This document shows positions 7,605-18,011 of a DNA stretch of 64,000 nucleotides, in pieces. How positions within the stretch are numbered: the stretch's first letter is position 1; every line of letters starts with the position of its first letter. The DNA lies in contig JBFMGU010000014.1 of NCBI GenBank assembly GCA_040752415.1, positions 1 to 64,000 on the forward strand, in the 5' to 3' direction. The notes under the pieces were generated by a model. The model did no database searches. It saw only the letters and a list, made by a program, of their open reading frames with translations, and was not told where the DNA came from. Both the position numbers and the translations under genes were made by a program. Origin of the DNA: Myxococcota bacterium (GTDB lineage Bacteria > Myxococcota > JACRCW01).

Positions 7605-10472
7605 ATGGACCTCCGCAGGGCGGGGACAGGTAGACACGAGCCCAAGTGCCGTCGCCAGAAAGGCTGCTCCGTGCAAGACCTCCTCTCGGCAGACCAGCAA
7701 GAACTCATCAACAGCCTCAAGAGGTTGGGCCACTCCGACGCGCTCGACGGGTCGCCGACGCTGGTTGACGTGAACGTGGAGTCCCCTGAGGGCCGGAGAG
7801 ACGTCGCATACTTGCACCAGCACCTCAGCCGTGGCACCGCCGAGGAGCGTGCAGTGGCGCGTGGGGCGCTTTCCTACATCACCTCGGAGGGTAGACGCGC
7901 CGGGCCTATAAGGCGCCACCTGGGGCTGAGCCACTTGGAGTACGTCGCGGCCCTGGCTGCAAACCATCTCCGCCGGGGGCATGGCGAGGATGCGATCGCT
8001 CCTGCACTCCAGCTCCTTGCGGCTGACAAGCGCCGTGCCGAGCGCATGTTCAAAGAGTTGCTCAGGGGCCCAAAGCGGTCAGACGCGCTCCTGATCTCGG
8101 AGGCTCGGAGTTTCTGCCGACGGCCGGACGTGGAGTCCGGCCCGCCGTTCATGACTCGACTGCTGCGCAACACGGAGTTCCTGATCTCGACCATCGAGCG
8201 GCGGGACCTCAGCAAACAGTTTCGAGACTACGCCCGGGCAGCCTTGAGTTATCTCGTGACGGAACAGGATGTCATCCCAGACTCTCTTGGGCTGGTTGGG
8301 TTGCTGGATGATGGTTTCATTCTCGACATGGCTGTCAGCATGATCGATCCGTGTCGGAAGACATGGACAGATTTGCTGGAGGCCGTCGATACCTGCTGGC
8401 CACTGATCGGTCACTTGGACGTCACGAGCGTCGCCGGGAACATAGACGCAGAAGTCGTCTTGAGCTTTGCGGCCCTGAGGTCAGAGCCACATCGCGGCCA
8501 CGGCACCAGTCAGCACTCGGCCCTGTCCGTCCCCCTGACCGGACCGGCAACCGTCCTTCTTGCGTGGGCAGCAGCCGTCCGCCGCCTTGGGTACTCCGCA
8601 GACGCTGCATGCAGCATCTTGTCCGCTGCACCTGGTCAGACAGTGTGCGTTGGCGGCAGGGCCACCGCTCGCTGGGATGGCTACACGTGCGAAAACGGGC
8701 TGCGGTGCGTTAGGCTCAGTTGGTTCGATGACGAAGAGAGTCCCGCCACTTCCTCCGTCGTTCTCCCAGTTACGGAGCTTCCCCAAGTGGCGTTCGCGGA
8801 CCCGGGGCGCCGCCCGGCTGGCCCCGTGTTCGCCGCCGGTGAAACGAGCGCGGAGGGGTTGGGCAGCTGGCTGCAGAAGTCTGCCCGCAGCGCGGTATGC
8901 CCCGCGGTGGTCGTGGTCATGGAGCCGGAGACCGCGCAGAGAATTGCCGGCGCGACGCTGTTCGATAACATTCCTTTGACAGAACTACTTCCGTGGGCGG
9001 TTGGAAATGCTGACGGCACCTTACACTGGTGGGGGCCACCAACCCAACATGGACACCCACTCATCGTGGTGGTGCGCGATGTCGAAGGGGCTACCGGCTT
9101 TACAAGGTGTCATCCGGGAGCAACTCCAATTCTCGTGGCGCCGCCAACGCTGGCGCCGACCGAACGAGTCAGCCTCATCCCACAGCCAGCCGGAACAAAG
9201 GCATCGCTCGCAACCAGCCTTTCCGACGCTCCAGCCAAGGCACCCGGGCTCTCCTCTTTTGAACTCCTTCAGCTGTGCAAGCGCATGCAGGATACCAAAC
9301 GACGACTCTGCGACGCGTTCGCGCGTGTTGCGAGTGGTGAAGTCCTAGACGTTCTCCGCGCCACTGGTTTACTCGGACCGGCCGACGGTTCCGCAAGTAT
9401 TGACGTCGCAGTAGACGGTGAAGCGGATGATCGACGAAGCCTGGATATTCGTCGCAAGCGTGGTCTTGCCAGAGAGATTGAACTCCTCCATTCGGAGAAG
9501 AGTGCACTGGAGGCCCGCGGGCCCGAAGCTGTCAAGGACCATCGGCTGGAGATCATCGTGCGCAAAATGGCGAGCCGAATCCGAAGGCTCCTAGATTCCC
9601 ACGCTGATTTTCAGAAGGTCATTGAGAAAACTCGAGCAGCGACCGTCAGCCGGGCCTCGGGGGCGGCGCAGATGACAAGTGTCGCGCCGGCCTTCGCAGG
9701 TGTTTCCCGTCTTCAACAAGACTTTCAGGTAATGACTCGTCTGCGGCAAACGCTGGCTCAGGGGAACCTTTCTCTCGTGCACTGGGTGCTGAAGCGAATG
9801 AATGCAGACCCAGTCTTGTACCCCGACTTGTTCCAAGAGGGCACTCTCGGGCTGATGCGGGGGATTGAGAAGTACGACCATCAAATGGGAACGCGCTTTG
9901 CGACGTATGTTACTTGGTGGATAAGGCATTGGTCTGAACGGTATATCGCCAATCACGGGTCCCTGGTGAGAGTGCCTGTTCACAAGCAGGACACGATGAA
10001 GAAGTTGAGGAAGGCCGAGTGGGTCTGGCGTCAGCGGACCGGCACCACGCCGACCGTGGAGCAACTGTCAGACGCGACAGGAATCGGCGTGCGCACAGTC
10101 CGCGAATGCCTCATTCTGGTGAGGAATCATGACCTTGGTGTTCTCGCACTGGATGCGCCCGCGGACTCTGAGTCGGGACGGTCTCGCGGAGATTTGCTAG
10201 CTGACATGGCGACGTCGTCCGCCGCCGAAGCGGTGGAGGCAATTGAACTCCAAGAGGGCATTCGTAACGCCCTCCAAGGCCTCAAGCCCAAAGAGGCGGA
10301 GGTGTTGCGGCTGCGGTTTGGTGTCGGCGTACCGGAAGCGATGACGTTAGAGATGATTGGGGAGCGCATGAACGTTACGCGGGAGAGAATCCGCCAGGTC
10401 GAGGCGGTTGCGCTCGCCAAGCTGCAGAAACGCGCACGGCACGGAGCTCTTCTCAAAGGTCATTTGGACTAG
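7605..10472 (+). CDS. Fusion protein: tandem DUF1232 (YkvA-like), central DrmE-like region, and RpoD/SigA-family sigma-70 (regions 1.2-4)
   Basis: ARAALSYLVTEQDVIPDSLGLVGLLDD (DUF1232); NLSLV, DLFQEGTLGLMRGIEKYD, RFATYVTWWIR, RVPVH, LRLRFG, TLEMIGERMNVTRERIRQVEAVALAKL (sigma regions 2-4); start may be GTG 7671; the DrmE similarity is tentative. Confidence 0.8.
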   Translation: MDLRRAGTGRHEPKCRRQKGCSVQDLLSADQQELINSLKRLGHSDALDGSPTLVDVNVESPEGRRDVAYLHQHLSRGTAEERAVARGALSYITSEGRRAGPIRRHLGLSHLEYVAALAANHLRRGHGEDAIAPALQLLAADKRRAERMFKELLRGPKRSDALLISEARSFCRRPDVESGPPFMTRLLRNTEFLISTIERRDLSKQFRDYARAALSYLVTEQDVIPDSLGLVGLLDDGFILDMAVSMIDPCRKTWTDLLEAVDTCWPLIGHLDVTSVAGNIDAEVVLSFAALRSEPHRGHGTSQHSALSVPLTGPATVLLAWAAAVRRLGYSADAACSILSAAPGQTVCVGGRATARWDGYTCENGLRCVRLSWFDDEESPATSSVVLPVTELPQVAFADPGRRPAGPVFAAGETSAEGLGSWLQKSARSAVCPAVVVVMEPETAQRIAGATLFDNIPLTELLPWAVGNADGTLHWWGPPTQHGHPLIVVVRDVEGATGFTRCHPGATPILVAPPTLAPTERVSLIPQPAGTKASLATSLSDAPAKAPGLSSFELLQLCKRMQDTKRRLCDAFARVASGEVLDVLRATGLLGPADGSASIDVAVDGEADDRRSLDIRRKRGLAREIELLHSEKSALEARGPEAVKDHRLEIIVRKMASRIRRLLDSHADFQKVIEKTRAATVSRASGAAQMTSVAPAFAGVSRLQQDFQVMTRLRQTLAQGNLSLVHWVLKRMNADPVLYPDLFQEGTLGLMRGIEKYDHQMGTRFATYVTWWIRHWSERYIANHGSLVRVPVHKQDTMKKLRKAEWVWRQRTGTTPTVEQLSDATGIGVRTVRECLILVRNHDLGVLALDAPADSESGRSRGDLLADMATSSAAEAVEAIELQEGIRNALQGLKPKEAEVLRLRFGVGVPEAMTLEMIGERMNVTRERIRQVEAVALAKLQKRARHGALLKGHLD

Positions 10473-10477
10473 CGCGG

Positions 10478-11194
10478 CTATCCGACCGTGGCCACCGTCA
10501 TCCTCTCCAGCAGGCCGCTCCTGAAGAGCTGCGCAAAGAACCGCCAAGCATCCGCAGCGGGTCTGCCATTGAGCCGAACGCCAAACTCAATGTTTTCAGC
10601 ATGGCCCAGGTAGGTGAAGTTTGCCGACGTGACAAGAAGGTCCGCGCGGTCAATCAGCAGGACCTTGGTGTGCAGTGATGCCTTTGTAAGCTGTCCATGC
10701 TCCCGGTCCTGGTAGATGGCCGGCGGCATCAAGTGAGAAGGCCACCGCCGCATGATGTTGGACGCAGAGCCCTGGCCACGGTCGCAAACGACAGTCACCT
10801 CGGCGCCTCGGCCCGCCGCTTCGGACAGGCCGTCTATTACTTGGTGGTCGCTGAAGTGGTAGCCCACAGCGAGCACGGACGTGCGTGCCGAAGCAAGCAT
10901 TTCGCGAACGACAAATGCGGTCTGCCGCACATTGGTCTCACAATACCGGGGTACGGTCGCCACGAGAGCGGCATTCGTCTCCAGCGCTGCCGTTTCATTT
11001 CGAGCGACCTTGAGCGTGCGGATTGCGAGCATGGCAACAGCGGCCGGATCAGTCCCCGGGATCGCCCGCTCAATCGCCGCCAAGACAGGAGCTGCCTCCG
11101 GTAATGATGCGAGGACTGCGCGTGATTGAGGATGGAAAGCTGTGCTGTCGGCAACCAAATCCGCGAGGGTAGCGAGGTCGCGTGGCAGCGGCAT
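10478..11194 (-). CDS. drmC: DISARM phospholipase D-like nuclease
   Basis: Single HKD motif SLHTKVLLID...VTSANFT...NIEFG; directly downstream of drmB; start MPLPRD at 11194. Confidence 0.85.
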   Translation of the reverse strand: MPLPRDLATLADLVADSTAFHPQSRAVLASLPEAAPVLAAIERAIPGTDPAAVAMLAIRTLKVARNETAALETNAALVATVPRYCETNVRQTAFVVREMLASARTSVLAVGYHFSDHQVIDGLSEAAGRGAEVTVVCDRGQGSASNIMRRWPSHLMPPAIYQDREHGQLTKASLHTKVLLIDRADLLVTSANFTYLGHAENIEFGVRLNGRPAADAWRFFAQLFRSGLLERMTVATVG

Positions 11195-11201
11195 GTGCGT
11201 C

Positions 11202-13025
11202 TCACTGACCCAGCCCGGCAAAGAACCCCGGAGCACGTTGCCTCGAGAGGCCGACGAGACTGGTGCGGTCCAAGAATCGATTGAACTCCTCGCACGCAGT
11301 TTCTGGCAGCAACATGCAAGAATGGCAGGCCGCGGCGTTGGTGGGCTCGGACAGCGAGTGCACGCCTTCCGCGCATAAAGGATCAGACGAGCACCACTCC
11401 AAGTTGGCGATCGCCGCCTCAATGGTTCGCACGAGCAGGTTCGGCCTTCCCTGGCGAGCGAGCCCCCCAAGTGTCCCATCGGAGTCCGGGGTCCCGGTGA
11501 AGATCAGCAGCCCGGCCATTCCGTCGGGTCCGTCTCGAACGTAGAGACGCTCCCGAAGTGCGGACCCTGAGTATCCGCATTCCAATCCCAATTGCCGCAT
11601 CAGCGCATGTGCAAACGTGTGCACAAGAATGACCCGAGGTGTGATCTGTCTAGGATTCTCGGGTATCGCACCCAATCGCTGTTGCAACTCCAATAGGTAT
11701 GCTTTGTTGATACGCGCCGCGCGTGCCACGACTTCAGGCTCAATCTCCCAGGCTTTCAGTGCGTCGGTATTCAGTTGCAGAAAGATCCCTTCACCACGGA
11801 TCTCGATACCAGGCAGCCAGTTCTTGGGCGAGGATTGAATCGCTGACAGCGCCGTTGTGTCTTGCACGTTTGTTGGGGGGTGGATTCGTGTGAACCCGAG
11901 AAGCGCACGAACCTCCCGGAGCCGGGTTGCGCGTACGACCTTCGATATCCAAGGCGACAGCTCTGGAGGTACTATCTCATGAAACACTTGGAAATCTGCC
12001 TGTGCGTCAAGCGTCGCAGCTGCGTCCTCATTCACGAACTGGAGGTACTCCTCATATCGCAGATTCTCGAGGGTCGAGGTCTCGATGAGGGTTACGCGCT
12101 TGTTGACGTGGACCAAGATTTCCTCGGCAGACAGGCCGAGGGTCGCCGGAAGTTGCAGCATTTCGATGAAGTCAAGGCGCTTGTCTGCGGGCACGGCGCG
12201 CAGGCGCTCCCATTCCGTTCCCAGGTCTTTGTGTATTTGGTCTGACCACGGTGGAATGTCCAAAGCAGATGCCACTGCTGGGAAATACAGGTTGGACGCA
12301 CCTCGCTGCAATGCCCGCATCTCGTGATCGCAGGTCTCGTTGGGGCCTCCCAGCCAAGGCCGCCTTCCATTGCATTGCTTGTGCAGAGCGCCCTTGGAAA
12401 AGCACCCATCCATGGAACGGGAAGCATGGCATTCCTTGCAACGAAGAATGAGGCTTGCCAGGCCCGATCCTCCGTCAGCTCTCAGAGTGAAGCGTCGGCG
12501 AGACGTGCACTGCGCCGCATGCTGCACCCAGGTCGCCCACGGGAAGTCATCCAAGTGCCCTTTTTCACATGCCACCACAAACCTTACAGGCACGACAAAA
12601 ACGCGCTGGTTTGGCGGCTGGTTTGCTGTGCATGCTGCGCACCACAAGGAGGGATCGCCTGCTGCACCGGAACTCCACTCAATCGCAGCGCGAAGTTCGT
12701 GGCAGGACGGACACTGGAGCCAGCCCGGAAAGCGGACGCCTGTCAGGCGCGGACCAGCAATTCCCTTGCGCGCCTTACGCGGGTCGCAGACGGGAGGAAG
12801 TCGAAACCCGAGAACACCGAGCTCCTTCTGCAACCGAGGCTCATGAATGCGCTGGCGGTTCAGCATTCCCTTGGGGGCCGCTTCATTGTCCCATTCCTCA
12901 AGGCCGGCGGCCACGACGGACACCGCCGCTCCAGTCGCGATCCGGAAGTCCACAATTGCACCAGGACCAAAAGTTGTGAGAACCTGGCTTCTCCGCACGC
13001 CACCGAGTTCGTTGTTGCGAGGCAT
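11202..13025 (-). CDS. drmB: DUF1998-domain DISARM protein
   Basis: VRRSQVLTTFGPGAIVD, VPVRFVVACEKGHLDDFPW, QRGASNLYF, HTFAHALMR, GYSGSALRERLY, WCSSDPLC...AACHSC...ETACE.FN..LDR. Confidence 0.92.
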   Translation of the reverse strand: MPRNNELGGVRRSQVLTTFGPGAIVDFRIATGAAVSVVAAGLEEWDNEAAPKGMLNRQRIHEPRLQKELGVLGFRLPPVCDPRKARKGIAGPRLTGVRFPGWLQCPSCHELRAAIEWSSGAAGDPSLWCAACTANQPPNQRVFVVPVRFVVACEKGHLDDFPWATWVQHAAQCTSRRRFTLRADGGSGLASLILRCKECHASRSMDGCFSKGALHKQCNGRRPWLGGPNETCDHEMRALQRGASNLYFPAVASALDIPPWSDQIHKDLGTEWERLRAVPADKRLDFIEMLQLPATLGLSAEEILVHVNKRVTLIETSTLENLRYEEYLQFVNEDAAATLDAQADFQVFHEIVPPELSPWISKVVRATRLREVRALLGFTRIHPPTNVQDTTALSAIQSSPKNWLPGIEIRGEGIFLQLNTDALKAWEIEPEVVARAARINKAYLLELQQRLGAIPENPRQITPRVILVHTFAHALMRQLGLECGYSGSALRERLYVRDGPDGMAGLLIFTGTPDSDGTLGGLARQGRPNLLVRTIEAAIANLEWCSSDPLCAEGVHSLSEPTNAAACHSCMLLPETACEEFNRFLDRTSLVGLSRQRAPGFFAGLGQ

Positions 13026-13029
13026 GGCT

Positions 13030-16000
13030 CTAGTCCTCCTTGTTCCGAACCTTGTCCTTCAAGATGTACTTGGTTGAGGGTTCAACTCCGCGCATCGAGT
13101 TGGGCGTGGACCATGCTGAGATTCTGATCGGTGTATCCGGCTCCGCCCCTGTCAGCGCCGCGTGCTCTTCGGCCGACATGAGAAGGCTTTGGTTGGGCTT
13201 TTGATCCCACCAATACTGTTTCAGTTCTTTGCTGCGACGTTCCCACTCATCAATGATGCTCGATAGCTTCTGCTCAACGCCGGCCTGCTCACTCTTGTCC
13301 ACGCGACCGGCACGGGCAGCGATCCACGCTGCGACATTCTCAACTTCGACGCGGCTGACCTTATCGAGCTTCGGGCTTTCGGCGAGCGAGTCAATGGTGT
13401 GACGACAGAGGGCGACCAGGACCGCATGAAGCGCTCTGTCCTGCGCGCGTGATGCGAACGGAGTGACGCTCGTTGCCTCGACATCGCGGTAGAGAGTGGC
13501 GTGCCAATTTCCGAATGTCTCGTAGCGGGATCTGTCGCGCACCCGCCCGTGGTTGAAGACGGTCACAACCAAGCCCGGGAACCCACGTCCAACACGGCTG
13601 GTTGCCTGAATGTACTCAGAAATCCCCTTGGGTTGTCCGGCCACGATCATCAAGCCCAGCCGCGACACGTCAACACCCACGCTGATCATGTTTGTCGCGA
13701 GCAAAACGTCGTAGGCCGTCTTGTCCGGATACTGCAATTCCATCTCTTTCAAGATGACCGGTATTTCATGGGACTTTCTGCGGCTGGTCAGCTCCGCTGG
13801 GGGGCCAATTGGTCGCGGGTTTTCATTGCGTCGCTTCGCAAACCCTTGAACCGACTGCACAGCGTCGTCGAGCATCAAGACCAGCGCACTTCCGAGTTCC
13901 CGGAGAGAATTGAAGTAGCCGATCAATGTCCAATACCAGTCACGCTCTGCTTCGGCGATGGGCGCCGCTGCCGCGGACTGGAGCAGGGACGCGGCGACGG
14001 CTTGGAGAGCAAACTTTGGTGAACGGCCAATCGAACTGACGCCTACGTAACGACGCCCCGGTGTGGACGAGTCCACCACGGCAAAACACGAGTCCTCAGC
14101 GTCGATGACCTGGGGGGGGAACTGGTACACATCACGAGCAAACAGGGCGAGGACCTGCTCGCCTGCGCGACGAATCGTTGCAGTTGAGCCCACGATCTTC
14201 GGCCTCACATCCGCGCGCGTGCAAAGGCGGTCGACCGCGGCTTCGTAGAGGGCCGTCATCGTCCCAAGCGGACCCGAAATGAGATGTAGCTCGTCCTGAA
14301 TGATCAAGTCTGGCGGCGGGAACGAGGTTCCGATTCCAAAGAGGACGCCTGTCTCACGCTTCCGTGGGAGCTGTGCGAACTTGTCAACCGTGCCTATGAC
14401 AAGTGATGGCTTACGCTCGTAGACGTCGGTGTCAACGGTCCACACCGGTAGGTGGATATTGGGGCCACCGAGCGGACACTGTTGATTCGCACAACTCACG
14501 AAGAATGGGCCGGGGCCCTCCGCCAACCGCCCCTTCAGAGTTGTGTGACATGCGGGACACTCGGTGAGCTGAAGCGCCGACGTCGAACCTTCCTGCAGCT
14601 GGGCTTTCACCTCCTCATAGGTATTGGGGGTGGCTCCGCCGCCTACCCAGAGGCCAATCGAAAAAGGCTCCCCTCCCAAGTCTATTCCTGCGTGCGTGTG
14701 TTCATTGGGGTTGCGCCTGATGTAGTCGCATGCGCAAATGAGCGCGCTCGCGCGTTGAAACTGCTGGGTCGTCAAGAGGCGAAGCGTGTATCTCATCAGG
14801 ACCGCGACACCAGCGCCAATGTCAGGCTCCGGGCTGCGAAGCCGCCGATGAAAGAGCGTAAATGCCGTCAAGCCGAGATAGGCCTCGGTCTTGCCGCCTC
14901 CTGTGGGAAACCAAAGGAGATCCATCACGCTTCGGTCGGGATGTGAAGACAGTGCAATTGATTCCAGAGCAAGCAGTTGAAACCCGAGTTGGAAGGGGCG
15001 CCACCGCAGGTCCTGGCTGCCTCGCCACTTTCTCTGAAGGACCATGGCCCGGCACGCCAACTGGAAGGCCTGCCTCGTTTTCTCATCCCTACGCAGACGC
15101 TCAACGCTTCGGCGCATACGTGTCAAGGCGGTTCGCGCGTTCGAAACGTGGCTCCGTGCTTGCTTCCAAAGGTCCTGCGGAAGAGTGGAGACCCGCAGCT
15201 CCTCGCCGTCAAGCCATGCCGCGTAGGCGTCGACAAAGGCTGTGAGCTTCTCGACGAGAATGGCGGAATCAGCGCTCGCGAGCCACAGCGCTGACAGGAC
15301 ATCTCCGCCTTCGCGGGAAAGTGCTTTGAACGGGCGCCCTCCGTCCGGATCGACTGCCGGGACGTCCGCAGTTGGAATCCAGGCGATGCTGATTTTCCGA
15401 GCACCCTCCGTCACCGCGGTACGGGCCGAGCAATTGTGGCCCACGCTGTACTCGATGGCGTTCCGGTAGATAAGTGCGCTCGCGCGACTCTCATCATCGA
15501 CAAGAGCCTGCCGCGAAGGACGAGCGTGTAGACGGCAATTGTCACCGGCCTCAACTTCCAATGCCACCTGAAAGAAACTGCGTTCCTCGGCATCCGTCCG
15601 CGAGGTGGCCTGAGGAAAGGTGTTTCTCAATACGGCGGTGACGGTCGTGAGCTGACCGACGCGACTCGCTTGGACATGCAGCGCCAAGCCATCCATGCCG
15701 AACTGTGCAAGGGGGTGCTCTGACGAACCCAACGTCATGGGAATCTTGACCCAGCTGGAGTCGTGAGCCGACCGGATCCAACTTGGAGGAGGTCCCTTCC
15801 GTAGCTGATAGGTACCGCAACGCACGCGGAACCGAATTGAGGTGTCGCCGCGGTCGCCTACCGGGACAAGTGCGAACGAAAACCCAGCACTACTTGGGCG
15901 AACGGACTTTGACAATGGAACCGCCGCGCCAGTGTAATCCTCCTCGTCGTCGTCGTCACCCTCGGCAGTCGCGGCATCATCCTCCTCAGGTGGAACCTCC

Positions 16001-16143
16001 GTTCCTCCGGGAAAAAGGATTCCGCAGAGGTATCGATCTGAGGGCCGCTCCTGAAGTATTTCAGCGCTGGCGCCCGGGCCGATGAGGTCCTCCTGGAGGC
16101 GCTCAATGAGAACATCCCTGGTCGATGTCGGCGTCTGCGTCAT
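13030..16143 (-). CDS. drmA: DISARM SF2 helicase
   Basis: WRPFQLGF, LLWFPTGGGKTEAY, RYTLRLLTTQQFQRA, GTVDKFA, IIQDELHLISGPLG, STATIR, YFNSLRELG, ATNMISVGVD, YIQATSRVGR, TPNSMRGVE. Confidence 0.93.
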   Translation of the reverse strand: MTQTPTSTRDVLIERLQEDLIGPGASAEILQERPSDRYLCGILFPGGTEVPPEEDDAATAEGDDDDEEDYTGAAVPLSKSVRPSSAGFSFALVPVGDRGDTSIRFRVRCGTYQLRKGPPPSWIRSAHDSSWVKIPMTLGSSEHPLAQFGMDGLALHVQASRVGQLTTVTAVLRNTFPQATSRTDAEERSFFQVALEVEAGDNCRLHARPSRQALVDDESRASALIYRNAIEYSVGHNCSARTAVTEGARKISIAWIPTADVPAVDPDGGRPFKALSREGGDVLSALWLASADSAILVEKLTAFVDAYAAWLDGEELRVSTLPQDLWKQARSHVSNARTALTRMRRSVERLRRDEKTRQAFQLACRAMVLQRKWRGSQDLRWRPFQLGFQLLALESIALSSHPDRSVMDLLWFPTGGGKTEAYLGLTAFTLFHRRLRSPEPDIGAGVAVLMRYTLRLLTTQQFQRASALICACDYIRRNPNEHTHAGIDLGGEPFSIGLWVGGGATPNTYEEVKAQLQEGSTSALQLTECPACHTTLKGRLAEGPGPFFVSCANQQCPLGGPNIHLPVWTVDTDVYERKPSLVIGTVDKFAQLPRKRETGVLFGIGTSFPPPDLIIQDELHLISGPLGTMTALYEAAVDRLCTRADVRPKIVGSTATIRRAGEQVLALFARDVYQFPPQVIDAEDSCFAVVDSSTPGRRYVGVSSIGRSPKFALQAVAASLLQSAAAAPIAEAERDWYWTLIGYFNSLRELGSALVLMLDDAVQSVQGFAKRRNENPRPIGPPAELTSRRKSHEIPVILKEMELQYPDKTAYDVLLATNMISVGVDVSRLGLMIVAGQPKGISEYIQATSRVGRGFPGLVVTVFNHGRVRDRSRYETFGNWHATLYRDVEATSVTPFASRAQDRALHAVLVALCRHTIDSLAESPKLDKVSRVEVENVAAWIAARAGRVDKSEQAGVEQKLSSIIDEWERRSKELKQYWWDQKPNQSLLMSAEEHAALTGAEPDTPIRISAWSTPNSMRGVEPSTKYILKDKVRNKED

Positions 16144-18011
16144 TGTCTGCCTCCACGACGTGCGGTTGATAGAAAGACCGGACACAACCCTTTGACGATT
16201 GGAGCGAGAAATGAAGACCTGGACCGTGTTGATTGGCCATGGGTCACGACAGTTCGAGCTCCGATGAGGTAGAGTTGAACCAGCTCCGTAGGCAGCGGCC
16301 GCTTTGACGACCCAGGGAGGGCGCTCTTGATAGCAAACAGGTCTGCGTTCACAGTGGATGCCAGCGCTCCCAGGTGCACGCCGCTCTCCAAGTCTCGCAG
16401 CCAGTACCTGTGGTCGCCTCTTTGACGGATCGCAACAACCTCACGCGGCTCATCGGGCAGATTTGTCAGGAGTTCCTGGGCCTCGGCTACCTGCAGATCC
16501 GTCAGGCCATTGCCGGCGGTCAGGGACAGTGGATCAAGGTCCCCGTCCCGACCGACCTCGACCAGAATCTCATCGCCTCCCGATGGCGAGGCGTACACCC
16601 GTCCGCTCCCTTCCAGCGTCTGCGACTGTGTGAACCTCGGCGAGCCTACGTAAAGGCACTCCCGTGCGCGGGTGGCGCCGACATAATGGACTCTCGCCTC
16701 TTCGTCCGCGTCCGGTCCCTCGCCTGCAACGGCCCTGAAAAGCAAGCCCACCCGCGGTGCCTCGCGCCCCTTGGACGCGTGGACGGTGCCTATGATTGGA
16801 CCATCAGTGCCCAGCTCAGGCGTGCACACGTCCGGCGGCGCTCGAGTGCCGGTGAGCCTGCCACAGAGCACTTTCATCGAAAGTGCTTCCTGCCCGGCTC
16901 CTGCGAGGGCGCAAAGCTGCCTCCAGCAGTCCTCGGCAGCTCGGGCGCGGAAGGCCGGAAGGTGTTGATGCTTGGTCCATCGAGCTTCAAACTCAGTCCG
17001 CCTGAGCTGATCCTCGCTAAGGCCGGCGAGCGTGATCGCCAGCCAGGGCTCGACTGGCCGGGGATACCCTGAAAGACGCAGCCGATGACAAGTGCCCTCC
17101 CGCGAGAGTTCGGCGGAGAGCATGAGCGCTTCGGACCGACGGCGGAAGAGGACCAGAATGTCCCGCGATGCATCCGGATCCGCCCACCTCACTACGTCCT
17201 CAATGTCGGAAAACGGCCTTGGCTTCTGGGACTCAATTGATTGTGCAACCGCGGCGACGCGCGCGCTCCCACCAATGCTGTTACTGAGGACCACCTCTCG
17301 TGCATTCTGAAAAATCTGTCGCAGCGTCGGATCCGAGGTCCGGTACAGCTGCCGGAGCTTCACGTTGCCAAACGCATTTGGAAAGCGCTTGTCGAGTGAC
17401 TCTACGAATCCGGCTCCACGGGCATCAGCGGCGGGAGTATCCTCGGCCGTGAAGCCATAGATTGCCTGCGCCGGGTCCGCGAAGATCGTGACACCGCACG
17501 ATTCGGACAGCCGACCAATCATCGCGAGGATAAGCTCTGTCCGTACGCCGTTCAGATCCTGGGCCTCATCGACGATCACGTGCCCAAGTCTCTCCATGAA
17601 GTCCAAGATTTGATCGGGCCCTTTCTTCAGGAGATCCACCACTGCCGCCACACTTGCCTCGAAGCCACCAAACAGGTCCTCCACCTCACCTTGAGGGAAC
17701 CCGTAGCGCAGATGCCAAGCCTCAGAGTCCAAAGTGGAGAGACGCAGGCTACGGCCCTCTGCCTTGTTGGAGACCTGTGTAATGATGCGCGCTCGCAGCT
17801 CTGCTACCGCAGTTCGAGTAAAGCTGAGCATCAATACCCGGGAGGCTGCGAGCCCTGAATTGATGAGCCTGGCGACCCGTGCGCAGGCCACTGCCGTTTT
17901 CCCGGTACCCGGACCCGCTTCAACGATGAGGCGGGCACTCTCTGGCGCGTCAATGACCGAGCGCTGATCGGGGTCAAACACCGTGAACACCGGTTCCACT
18001 CCGGCTCCCAA
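16140..18011 (-). CDS. UvrD/Rep-like SF1 helicase coupled to drmA
   Basis: AGPGTGKT, LSFTRTAV, STLDS, IVDEAQD, ADPAQAIYGF, YRT, GTVHASKGRE, EEARVHYVGATRAR; ATGA overlap with drmA. Confidence 0.9.
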   Translation of the reverse strand: MGAGVEPVFTVFDPDQRSVIDAPESARLIVEAGPGTGKTAVACARVARLINSGLAASRVLMLSFTRTAVAELRARIITQVSNKAEGRSLRLSTLDSEAWHLRYGFPQGEVEDLFGGFEASVAAVVDLLKKGPDQILDFMERLGHVIVDEAQDLNGVRTELILAMIGRLSESCGVTIFADPAQAIYGFTAEDTPAADARGAGFVESLDKRFPNAFGNVKLRQLYRTSDPTLRQIFQNAREVVLSNSIGGSARVAAVAQSIESQKPRPFSDIEDVVRWADPDASRDILVLFRRRSEALMLSAELSREGTCHRLRLSGYPRPVEPWLAITLAGLSEDQLRRTEFEARWTKHQHLPAFRARAAEDCWRQLCALAGAGQEALSMKVLCGRLTGTRAPPDVCTPELGTDGPIIGTVHASKGREAPRVGLLFRAVAGEGPDADEEARVHYVGATRARECLYVGSPRFTQSQTLEGSGRVYASPSGGDEILVEVGRDGDLDPLSLTAGNGLTDLQVAEAQELLTNLPDEPREVVAIRQRGDHRYWLRDLESGVHLGALASTVNADLFAIKSALPGSSKRPLPTELVQLYLIGARTVVTHGQSTRSRSSFLAPIVKGLCPVFLSTARRGGRQ

